From Hormiphora californensis (taxonomy: Eukaryota; Animalia; Ctenophora): a DNA stretch of 64,000 bases. The translations under genes were made by a program, and so were the position numbers. The DNA lies in contig CM035351.1 in the NCBI GenBank assembly GCA_020137815.1, forward strand, positions 1,302,001 through 1,366,000. The letters run 5' to 3'. A model generated the notes under the pieces. That model saw only the letters and a list, made by a program, of their open reading frames with translations, ran no database searches and was not told the DNA's origin. Shown here in pieces: positions 26,001 through 37,308 of the stretch (positions are counted from its first letter, which is position 1; each line of letters begins with the position of its first letter).

Positions 26001-28226
26001 GAAATAGGGTGTTAGGAACTGTTTTCTTACTGTCCCCGGAAAATTAGGTTAAAAAGACGGTTCTCGTTTTTACAGTTATCATTGCATTGCAATGTTACCT
26101 TTGGGTTAGCACTCTGGAAGTTGATATTAGCTGGAATCTTCTTGTAATGATAACTAAGTAGAACTTTAGCCAGGGCAGCTACCCCACTACTTGGTTCACT
26201 GTGCCCCATGTTGCTCTTAACGCTACCCACAAAAAGGGGCTGGGGTCGGGGCGAGTTGAGGAAAAATTTCTCAACACCCTGCATCTCCTGTGTGTCACCG
26301 GCCTGGGTTCCTGTTCCGTGCATTTCTAGGTAGTACACCTGCAGAGGGGGAAGTTTAGTTCAGATCTAGATAGGAGGTTACCATCATATGATGAGAGTGA
26401 ACCTATGTTATAATGAGCCACAGATGATCATGTCATGAGTGGAGCTATAAACAGATAACCTGATGTGGACAAATGACAAACAATCATTCCAGAATAGAGT
26501 GACGTCATAATGACATCATAAACCTACTGACCTCTTCTGGTTTCACACCGGCATCACCGTACAGATCCTGTAATAGCTGACACTGAATCTCGTGATTGGG
26601 ATAAGTGATCCCCTCTCCTTTGTACCCGTCTGTGTTGGTTCGGGTTCCCAAGACCCTAGCATAGGCCCTCCTAGAGAGACTCTCCTTGGATAGGATAACA
26701 GCGGCAACGGTCTCTGCTCGGACGTACCCATTAGCTCGCTCATCAAACACCTGGTGGTGGGGAAGTGGGTTAGTCTCAGGATAACATGGAGTATTTAGGG
26801 CTCTGTAGATGAAAGGGTGGGTAACGATGAGTGACTCTCAGTGCAGTATAAAGGGGGATATTATGTGCTACTTACTTTGCAGGATCCATCCTGTGAGAGC
26901 ATTGAAAGTCGGTGGAAGTCCAGGGAAGAGTTAGGTTTGAGGAGGATGTTAACACCGGCTGCAATGGCCATATCACATTCACCCAGTTGAATTGCCTGGT
27001 AAAGTTAGGGAAATAGTTAATGTCTTGAAAACCTCGTCTAAATTTTCCCTAATTATTAGGGACCAACTTACAAAAAGTACCAGGGTATACTAACAGGCCC
27101 GGTATCTCAACTCAACTAACCTTATTGGCAGCATCAACAGCGAACATGCTGGAGCTACAAGCTGTATCCAGGGTGTAACTGGGTCCTCTGAAATCAAATG
27201 TGAAGGCTATCCTGTTAGCTATCATGCACCGACAACAACCAAGCAGCCCGTATCCGGTCTGGGCATCTGCATCTGAAGTCCAGGCATCGTATGCTTCAGA
27301 AGAGGATCCTCCAACATACACACCAATCTTCTTTCCTTTTAGCTCAGAGGGGTGGTAGCCTGAAGGGGGATTAGAGGGTGAGATGGGTGGTAGCCTGAAG
27401 GGGGATTAGAGGGTGTGAGGGATTGAAAAAGAGTGAGATTATGGTATTTTAGTAAACCATTTGTAATGTTCATACAGTGTGAGAGTGTGAACTAGGCAAT
27501 GAATAATGAATGTTTGCACATGACTGATGACGTTATGATGTGCAAACCGGTGTAGTTAGGGAATGGGATGAGCGGGGGAATAGTTTGTCTCAAGATTCGA
27601 TTTCGTAATCAAATACGCACTCCAATCTTTTTGTGATAAATAAACTCGGGGTTACAATAATCATACAGGACTAAGATCCCCAAAAACATGACATAAGTTT
27701 GTCTACTTTGTACTGACCAGGGTAGGGTCGGGTACAAGATAGGCAAAATACAAGATCCCTCATCCCTGTGGAACTTACCAGAATCAAGAATTGCCTCGTA
27801 GCAAACTTCCAGGAGCACTCTCAGCTGTGGGTCCATCTGATTTGCCTGCTTCGCGCTGACTCCGAAGAATGACGCATCAAAACTGGCGATATCGTGTAAC
27901 AATCCGGTCCGTTCGGGCAGTCCAAATATCCCGGCTGGCCATCGTCGAGGCTCTGATGTCACCATATCCCGTCCTGGGTAGGGTTGGGGGTTATTAGGGG
28001 GATTTAGTGAGAACATAAAGAGTCTTTTTTGTGTTTGTGGTAATGGAACAGGTGTTGTGATCATAACAAAAGATCTGCCCTAGACTCAAAACTGACAAAT
28101 TTTCCATGTCCCTACAGATTCTAAGGATATTGTCCTACCTGAGACGAGGTTGTCCCAGAATTCATCCACATTATTTGAATTGGGAAAGCGGCCCGAGAGC
28201 CCTGATATTACAACTTGTTCCTTCAT
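17004..28226 (-). CDS. FASN: Animal type I fatty acid synthase (KS-MAT-DH-psiME-ER-KR-ACP-TE), multi-exon, with a frameshift cluster at 18016-18510
   Basis: N-term [30 protein letters not shown]; KS DTACSSS, EMHGTGT, NMGHSE; MAT GHSVGE, AFHS; [16 protein letters not shown]; [12 protein letters not shown]; KR GGLGGFG, YAAAN; [14 protein letters not shown]; TE GYSFG and GDH; stop at 17004. Confidence 0.92.
20425..21281. mobile_element. hAT-type composite (dimeric) MITE filled with TCGATTCGATC repeats, in a FASN intron
   Basis: TIR TAGGAACCGGCGATA...TATCGCCGGTTCCTA; 8-bp TSD GAGATGAG at 20417-20424 and 21282-21289; internal degenerate TIR junction at 20880-20906. Confidence 0.88.
25740..25866. 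repeat. ~23-bp intronic minisatellite (ATGAAGGAACAATGTTTGTGTTT), 5-6 copies
   Basis: Direct; abuts a FASN splice donor. Confidence 0.85.
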
Positions 28227-29583
28227 TAGTGTTATGCCATCAGTTATCTGTGCAAAAATGAGTTAGTTATCAACTTTTTGCAAGGGTTCACGGCAAAATA
28301 CGACGGTAAAAGATAAGATAAGTCCAGCGGGGGAGGTCACAAAGCGGTGGGTGTGCAAAGAAAACAGAACTGAGGGCGATCTCTCATTGCTTTATGTTGT
28401 GGGAGGATGAGACTCCGGCGTGCACACTAACTGCTGTTCTCTCTGCAGGGGTGGCGTGTTTACCTCCCTCTCTTTGTACAGGCCGGCGTGATTTTCAGCA
28501 TGTGCCGGCGTGATAGCTAATGTTGTAAGCTGAGTGACGTTCTCCCTGCTTCAAATCACGCTGCCTCTCTCTCTCGGACCAGGATACTACCATAAAACCA
28601 CATACTCCCTACAGAGTAAACATGGCAGGAAAACTACACATAATTGTTAATTGCCTAATTGAGGGGCGCTTTGTATTATACCGAGAGTTGAGAAAGAGAG
28701 AGTGGGACTAAACTTCCGGGCCTGCTTCCGTTAGAACAAAGTCATCTTGTTATTGTCAGCTATGAATACAACAATTACCAATACAATCACGATCATACAC
28801 GCTACACCAGCTAATGAATTGCAACCAAACGCATCATGCGAGACCGAACAAAGGAAAGGCGGGAAGAGAGAGTTCGCGGCGTGACCCGCTATTCTGCACG
28901 TGCATGCGCGCGCAGGACGGTCGCGCTGGCAAGGGACAGGTAATGGCTACCATAAGGTAGAAAATAGAAAGGTTGTTTAACAGACCACAAAACTACAGCA
29001 GTAACTTAACCGTTGACATGTCCCTAGTCTGTTAGCTCTCACACCGGACCAAATGGACAGACAGCGTAGCATGGCAAAGTAACCGGCGCCTTTCTGTGAG
29101 ATCATCGGTCCCCCGGCCCAATATCAGCCCAATACGGGTACTATGACATTTTCACCAACCATATTTTGAGACAAAGAAATATAGACGGTTTTTACGGGGT
29201 GTTAACAAAATAATAATAATAATAAAACAGCTCATAAAGCTCATAAACAAATAATAAAACTGCTTTGTATCACTTCCTCAAGTCTCAACACTGTCAGGCC
29301 AATGCTCTGACCCGACCACAGTTCTTGCGCGACAATAGGGTCAGGCAAAGTCTCAACACATCTTAATCAATACATTCTGAACTCCTCTCGGCACTTGTTA
29401 CACTTTTTATACCCCTGAATCAACAACTCGGCACTACAATGGGGATGACAAGTTCTGCCAGTCTCGGATCTCTCTCAACACCAATACAATAATTTGGATA
29501 AGAATATCAAGTTCATTTCTATAACTTTCAGATCTCGGATATCTCTTAGTGTTCGATTTATCTTCTCCGGCCACTGCTTATCC

Positions 29584-32500
29584 TCATGTGTATTGAGTGC
29601 TTCTGTCCTCGATGTGGTAGATAAGATCTCCCAGGGTGTGCCCCACTATCTCCTCCGCAGCTAGTTCAAAAACAGGCTTTATCTCACCCAGATCCTTGTC
29701 CTGCATGGGGGGGGGGGGGGGTTCGTAAGTTTTCCCTAACGTGCACGACATTACAGTCATGTAGTATGACAAGGATTTTGTCCTAGCAAAACGAAACCCA
29801 GAATTTAGAGTTGGTATTATTTACCTCAGCAGGCATGTGTTGGAATTTAGGTCCAAAGTTAGCCTCAACCGTACACCCCTTGTAAAGGGAGAGGGATGGG
29901 AAATAGAATCCTTGGAAGAGATCTTCATAAGCTACTCCCTTGTACTCCCCATTCTTGTACAGTCGTATCTGTGAAGAAGGAGAAGGGGATTACTATTGAA
30001 CTGTAATAGCCACTGCAGTAGCCACACAGGCTTTGAAGTTTGAAAACTGTCTGACTGCACTGATTCGGTTACTTTATTAAAACTGACCTCACTTCCAGGC
30101 AGAGGTTTTAGTTCCACTCTCTCACTTTCATCCCTCTCCTCAAAATACAAGTGATTCTTAAACTTGATCAGTACTTGGTCTTTATATGATCGGGGTAGTA
30201 TTGATGTTGGCTGTTTTGGGAGTTTTATCAGCAACCCCATCACATCTCCCACACCAAATCTGATAAGAGAGATAAAAGTCGGTTCAATAGTTCGCTGGGT
30301 GTTAAATTGGGGGATCCATGCAAAACATGAATGAGCTTTTATCACACTTCATGATTTATCGACTACAGGCACTGTACACCTTAGTTTCCAGATGATATCT
30401 ACGTACCCACACCATACTGATTCTAGCTAATACCACGTACCCCTCGGAGAAATGTTTCCCCTTGCTCTGGTGAAAAGTTGTACCCTTTCTAGATCTCCAG
30501 GAGTAGCTAAACTTATCATAACCACAGGGCGCCTGGAGGTTGGCATACTGCATAGCCCAACCGATCCTACACGCTGAGTTATCCGGCAGCTCCTTTATTG
30601 TAACCTAGGAAAATAAGATATCATAGGGGGGAATGGATTGGGTCATTTTAGAGGGACGATAGAGGCTGTTACTGGAACTGGACATGTTATGTACAGCTGA
30701 AGTAGATCACAACTATGATTCCATACCTCATAGTAGTAGGTGCCCTGTTTAGCGGCGTGGGTAGCTCTAACGAGACTGTATCCTTTCTCCCCAGTTACCT
30801 TCACTCTCTCCTCCCCCACCTTCAATTGGGGCGCTGCAATATTGATGTGGTGTAGGGTTTGGATAGGGGAATATATTGGCTTGCTACTTTTTCATTTAGG
30901 ATGCATTTATGATACGATTTAGGTTTAAGACTAAGACTAACTCCAGACCCGACTAGACAAAGCAGTCAATTTGTAACAACCTACCTTTATCGTGCAGTGC
31001 CAGTAGGACATGATTGGATAGTTTATATCGATAGTGTTTTGAAGGGAGAGGTTTCCCTGCTGCCAACTCTTGTTCCCAATTGTCCCCAGCTAGGGGGTCC
31101 GCCTCAGCCAGGGTATACCGGTAGTTGTCCTTGTTGTGGGGATGCTCCAGGGGGTAACCCCATTTTGATAACCTCTCCTTCCTCTCCTCCCTAAAACACA
31201 TGGATATGAGCCATGAAGGAGGGAGGGGGACAAGAGTCGCAGCACCATTAGAGGGGGACGAGATATAGCTGGTCTCTTGAGGAGACGGTATACAACTATA
31301 CAGGTATAGTACATTTTGGGAATCCCATACAATTATGCAGAAGCACTTACAGTTTTGATCGCTTGCCGGGTGCTCCACTAGCGTCTGTCTTCCTTTTCCC
31401 CGGACCACTACCCTTCTTACCACCCTTCGCCACAGTCGTCTCAGCCATTATACGGACTGGGTTTATCGATGATAAGTCCTACAGAAAATACACAGTTAAA
31501 ATAATAACGGACTAGGTAGTTATAATGGAAGATAATCCTCAATCAGCTGATGTGGTTTGAAAACATTTCTGTCCTCCGATCAGAACACACATACCTCCTC
31601 TAGTAGAAAGTACAGGGTTTCCTCCCCATCCATCTCGGAGGTGAATACTGTCTCAGTGGTGAGAGCCCGGTAGATATGGGTGGGCCAATTGAAACTCTGG
31701 GCTCTGTTCGGCATGAGACAGTCCCAGTGGTCCACTATAAACGGGACTATATCCTGGGGAAATAAGGGGTGAAATACTAAACATTGTGGCATGGTAAAAT
31801 AACACAACAAAATGGTAAAATAAGAATCCCAGGTTCTTGTACCTTATCTTTATCGAATGATCTTCTCCCATCCTCTCCTTGTTGAGTCAAGTTAGCCAGT
31901 GCAGTGATAGTTGCTTGTAAAAACGCTGCAATGTGAAAAAATTGATGTTTTGGTAAATAAATGGTACCATGAGGACAATGGCTGTCTGGCAGCCCCATTT
32001 TGACAATTTGGTTCGATCAGGTTGGCGTATGAGACAGGACAGTAGTTGTTAACCCTCCCTTTACATTTACGCCCGAAACACAGTCTAGCCAGGCAAGACA
32101 GTAGAGGATCTAATGGATAATTATTTCTCTCACTTGATTTAGTTTTGGTGATGTGATCGTTTCCCTTGTCGTTACAGGATTTACAGACAAACGTGTAGTT
32201 CAATTGGAAAGCAATCATGTCCCTGATGGAGAACACATGTAAAATGTACGGCAATGAAACAGAGTTTGTTTGTTGCGAGAATTATAATCTCAGTTTATGA
32301 AAAAGTCACCCCCCCTCAGGTAGTGTACTTACTGGCATTCGATTGAGGTACAGGCTCCGTGATACCAAACCTTGCACTCACTACAAAACAGCTCAACTGA
32401 ACCCAGGACACGGGGTTTACCACTGCGGGGAGATACACGGTTTAGTGTTTACCACTGCGGGGAGATACAAGTTTAGTTTAGGGCACACTCCTTGGTTACC

Positions 32501-32710
32501 ACGGGAACTAGAGTTTATAAATCAAGGTCTTTCCAAGACATACTACAACGTAGCTATATACCACAATGTACCATGTCTGATGTCTCAACATGTACTGCAA
32601 ATGTTCTCATTCTACTCACCATGTACTAATTCTACTAACCATGTACAAAGACCGGGTGTACTGGGTTGCTCCTCCTCAGAAGAGGGTGGCTGGGGTTGTG
32701 CGTCTACCAT
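29584..32710 (-). CDS. ASH2L: Set1/Ash2 histone methyltransferase complex subunit ASH2, multi-exon
   Basis: PHD-like NYTFVCKSC; [18 protein letters not shown]; [22 protein letters not shown]; [48 protein letters not shown]; C-term [11 protein letters not shown]. Confidence 0.92.
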
Positions 32711-32897
32711 AGTCTCTAGCATAACAGGAAGAGGGGAGAAAGAAGTAATGAATTGTGTACAAACAAGAATACCGGCAAGCGCGGCTAATTGAACTCTCCG
32801 GAAGTAAAGTGTATAATTCGAGTTTGGATTTAAAAAAGTGCAATATAACAATTAATATCTTAGTATAATAAGGTCAGGAAAATTAAGAGTCTTGAGC

Positions 32898-35800
32898 TCA
32901 ATCACTATCACTATAATCACAGACAAGTGCCGATTTCTTTCTACTCTCATCCTCCCAGGATCGTTTCCTTTCCCTTGTAGGTGGCGCTTCCTGGAACCGT
33001 TTCCGGGTAGGAGGAGAACTTCGTTCCTTCGGCGTTTCAATAAACTAGATAGTGTGGGTTTTAAATAACTTAATGCATGGTATTGTGTCGCTTGTCTTTC
33101 GCGCTCTAATTCAAGTGGTTAATTTGTCTGAACCTACGTTCTCTGTAAATTTTCGTTTGGGCCTTGGTTTCTCCTCCTCGACAGGCTGTTCATCTCTGAC
33201 ATCAGCTGGTTTAGGCGGTGAGGTATGCCTCTGTTTTCCAAGGGTAGAAAGATAGTCATATCCTGTAGTTCCATAACCTACAGCACCAACCGTACCATAA
33301 CCTATGGCACCTGGAACTGCCTGCTGCTGGACTGGTGGGGTCCTATCCCTTCTAATTCTCTTTTCACGGATCTTGGCGAGTACCTAGAGAGTGGGAGAGG
33401 GGGAGATGGTGAGAGATACTTACCCCACCGCTGCTGCTGCTGCAGATCTCTTCCTCTGCTACATCTTCTGCTTCTCTCTTATCTTATGTATATTCTGATA
33501 TATTGAGGGGGGAATTATTGTCTCGTACAGTTTGGACAAGATTCTCAACTAGGCCCTTGGTCTGGACCATGCCTTCAAGTGTTGGGTGGCTGAAAGGGAG
33601 AGAGGAGGAGGGAGGTGAGAGAGGGGATCAAACAAAACCAGGCATTAGTTATGGTAAATCGTGTTTATCAAGATCATATCCAGCTAATAAATTGTAATTC
33701 TTACTTGATTTGCACAAAGAGATTTTCTTTGAGTTCCTCTCCTGTCTCTGGTTCCAGGTAGCCGGATAGACGTCCACGGAGAGTCAACTGGGGGGAGTTG
33801 GAGGGTTAGGAGAGTTTTAGAGACAGAGAGAGGGGAGATGACATCAGATATATTGTATCATGTCCAGGAAGAAGACTTGGCTGCGGTATCGAGTGTTATC
33901 GCACACTCAAACACTGCCCGGATTTTCCTTATTTCCTAATCAAATGTACACAAACGCGCGTGCGTCAATTGCTGACGCGCCACAAAATCTGCCCCGCGCG
34001 TTCCACAACCATCACCCCGCCTTTTGTGGGACAACTCACAACTGTGTGTCACACTCAAGAACTGACTCACCATTGCACCCGTTGCCTGTCTGATATGGTT
34101 AAAGAAACTATTTCCCGGTCCTTCTAGTTCCTGACGGGTATTCCAGGGCAGCTGCTGGTCGGGCATCTCACACTTAACTCGCTCGGTAAAGGGCGCCTGA
34201 AGAGAAATGTAGAGTTATCAGAATTATTGTGAAACTTGAAACTTTGTTAGGAATTCCAAGACAACGTACACACACACAAACCTCTGATTCACGTAAATCT
34301 CGTCTGCATATGTCCATAACTCGTGGAATAGGGTACTCTCTGACTGGGAACCCTTTAGATCCCTCAGGTACTCGATCACAATCTAACACTGCTAGAATGT
34401 AGTGTATCGCTTTCTCCATCCTACTCCACTCCTTGTTAATTACTGAAATTCAGAAACTGTATTGGATCCAGATGGTTGTATGTATTATCCCGAGTAAATA
34501 TTGCAAATAACAAAACACCGAGAGGAAATTGAGAAAGTTTCAACACGAAGGGGAGGTAAATACCAGATAAGTGAATGTAGAGGGGTCGATCGCGGAGGTT
34601 AGTCATAAGGTCCCTTTCCCTGGCGTCTGCAATGTACCTGCCCCGTGTCACCAAGGTGACCCCTGTCCAATTCTGAATCTGAAAGATATCTGGTGTTGGT
34701 GGGGTGGGGGATAAAACAATAGAGAGGATGTAATATCTGGCGCTTACTTTATTTTGCATGTCACTATGTAGAATGATACTTCTTTTTTCAACATTATTTA
34801 TCTCTAATTCTGCACTGTGAACCTGAAAAAAAGTGAGAAAAAGTTAAATAAAATAGTGCAAAAAGTTAAATAAAATATTGGAAAAAAGTACAAAAGAGTG
34901 CTGTAACCAGGATTCGAACCTGGGTTATTGCGGCCACAACGCAAGGTACTAACCACTATACGATTACAGCATTGCGCCACGGAGGCGACGATACAAAGAG
35001 ATTCTAACTGTTTATATAACTTTTTCCACTGAAAAATTGAAACTTTATATCGAATTCAGGAAGTGGTTGAATGCAGTTCGGAAATCAAATTTGCGTTAAA
35101 ATTGACCAATTTTCCGATTTTTGGCCAATAACGCCTACTTTGACTCTAAAACGGTAAGAGATAGACCCTATTTTTGTCCATACCACAAATCTTGAACTTT
35201 AAGTTCTGAACAAATACAGCCGGTGAAAACTGCTGAAATTGCCCCAAAACCATTTAACCGTATAGCCAAAAAAACGGCTGTGTGCAATTATCCAATTATT
35301 TAATTAACCAAATGAGAGACTTATTTCAGCACCTACCCCCACTAATGCGAGGACGCTACTTAGGTTTTGTCCCTGCTCTTTTCTTAAGATCAACTTTGGG
35401 TTTTCGTGCTACGCTAGAAACACAGGGGAAAAGGGTGTGACCCGGAAATCCAACTCCCACACATCGGATGTTATTCTGGTGACCTATCTCAGTAGAAGTG
35501 GAAGTGTTAACTTGAAAATTAGTTCCCAAAATGGCCCAATTTTGGCATTATTTTCCCGGACTAAATGATAGAGAGCGAGGAAATGTAGTTTAAATTGTGG
35601 GCAGGGTAGCCCAGTAAGTAGAGCAATGGACGTGTAACCCAGAGGTTGTCGGTTCGATCCCGGCTCTCGCTAGATATTTGGGATATTTTTCAATTTTCAT
35701 TCTTACTCCTTTGAGATCAGATCTCATGATATAGAATCCCTGTTGAATGTGAGTCACCCATGTTAAAAAGTGATAAAAAACCTTATGAAAATTTTCAAAA

Positions 35801-37137
35801 AGAATGCTGTGACCAGGATTCGAACCTGGGTTATTGCGGCCACAACGCAAGGTACTAACCACTATACGATCACAGCTGAGTGTCACTGAAGCGACGAATA
35901 ATAGTGAAACTGACTGGCTACCACTTGTTATGCTTCACCAGTTTACACATTACTTTTAAAACCAGGAAATGGTGCTCTCCAGTGCTTCTAAAACTCAGTC
36001 AATAAGAATTGAGTTCAATTGAGGTCGTCGCTTCAGTGACACTCAGCTGTGATCGTATAGTGGTTAGTACCTTGCGTTGTGGCCGCAATAACCCAGGTTC
36101 GAATCCTGGTCACAGCATTCTTTTTGGAAATTTTCACAAGATTTTTTGAGCACTTTTTAACATTATCCACGCCCATTTGTTGGTTGGTGTTTTTAAAATC
36201 ATCGTCACTGATTGGAATTTGGATAACTTCACTAAATACTAAATAGTCAAAACAAACTTACATGTGCTCTCTATCTTTACCTCTCTATCTTTCTCTATAT
36301 CTGTCCCTTTCTCACTCTCTCTATCACGAAAGCGGTCTCATCAAGGATTAGATTAGAAAAATATCCCAAATATCTGGCGATAGCTGGGATCGTACAGACA
36401 ACCTCTGGGTTACACGTCCATTGCTCTACCTGCTGGGCTACCCCGCCAGCAATTCAACTGCATTTTCTCTCCATATGTAAGATGAATACCCTTCACCCTT
36501 GTAGGATCATATCTCACATTCTGTATGCCAAAAGCTCAAATGCATACTACCATTTCCTCAAAAATCTTGTGAAAGTGTGCAAAAAAGCTGCTGTGACCAG
36601 GATTCGAACCTGGGTTATTGCGGCCACAACGCAAGGTACTAACCACTATACGATCACAGCTGAGTGTCACTGAAGCGACGAATAACAGTGAAACTGACTG
36701 GCTACCACTTGTTATGCTTCACCAGTTTACACATTTATTTCAAAACCAGGAAATGGTGCTCTCCAGTGCTTCAAGAACTCAGTCAATAAGAATTGAGTTC
36801 AATTGAGGTCGTCGCTTCAGTGACACTCAGCTGTGATCGTATAGTGGTTAGTACCTTGCGTTGTGGCCGCAATAACCCAGGTTCGAATCCTGGTCACAGC
36901 AGCTTTTTTGAAAGTTTTTACAATATTTTTGCTCCACCCCTACAACTACAAGAGCCCCCCTCACTGCTAAATTACCTGTGGTGTGACTGGTTTACTTTTT
37001 TCAACATTCATTGTCGTAGGATCTTGTTTCTGCGGGAGAACCTCTCGTGTCACCACAGCTCCCTTTCTCATCAACTTAGCAGTTAGTTCTGCTGCCTTTG
37101 CAGCAGCGATCCTCGCACCCTCTGACTTGTCCGCCAT
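32898..37137 (-). CDS. KHDC4: KH homology domain-containing protein 4 (BLOM7/RIK-like), multi-exon
   Basis: AAAKAAELTAKL N-terminus; AELEINN; TGVTLVTRGRY..DRPLYIHL; LRGRLSGYLEPETGEE..HPTLEGM..KGLVENL; C-term LVCDYSDSD-TGA. Confidence 0.8.
34899..34970 (-). tRNA. tRNA-His(GUG), variant with an A-T pair in the acceptor stem
   Basis: GCTGTAATCGTATAGTGGTTAGTACCTTGCGTTGTGGCCGCAATAACCCAGGTTCGAATCCTGGTTACAGCA; downstream T-run. Confidence 0.92.
35600..35672 (+). pseudogene. tRNA-like sequence (Thr-TGT-like pseudogene or tRNA-derived SINE head)
   Basis: A box TAGCCCAGTAAGTAGAGC, B box GGTTCGATCCC, loop CGTGTAA lacking U33, mismatched stems. Confidence 0.65.
35805..35876 (-). tRNA. tRNA-His(GUG)
   Basis: Canonical 72-nt eukaryotic tRNA-His followed by a T-run terminator. 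Confidence 0.95.
36046..36117 (+). tRNA. tRNA-His(GUG)
   Basis: GCTGTGATCGTATAGTGGTTAGTACCTTGCGTTGTGGCCGCAATAACCCAGGTTCGAATCCTGGTCACAGCA followed by TTCTTTTT. Confidence 0.95.
36375..36447 (-). pseudogene. Second tRNA-like (Thr-TGT-like/SINE) copy with a degraded B box
   Basis: Reverse complement of 35600-35672 with substitutions; shares the tail AGATATTTGGGATATTTTT. Confidence 0.6.
36589..36660 (-). tRNA. tRNA-His(GUG)
   Basis: Identical to the other copies; T-run terminator. Confidence 0.95.
36830..36901 (+). tRNA. tRNA-His(GUG)
   Basis: Identical to the other copies; GCTTTTTT terminator. Confidence 0.95.
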
Positions 37138-37308
37138 GAGAGCTAGGAAAGGGGGAAATACTTGAAATTCTAACACAGTTTTTATTTTAGACGAAGTTTG
37201 GGTCGTACTAAATAAAACAGTCAGTTGTTGAATAAAGATTAAAACAGAGGCTGGTGTAAATAAATTAGATGTTTAAAATTCCCCCACGATGCTCGTTTAA
37301 AAAAAGGA

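Noticed and set aside
17004-28226. Bacterial PKS cluster or horizontal transfer
   Set aside because: Many GT-AG introns and motifs matching animal FAS throughout.
35590-37086. ORFs containing TLSCDRIVVSTLRCGRNNPGSNPGHS
   Set aside because: These are translations of the tRNA-His genes.
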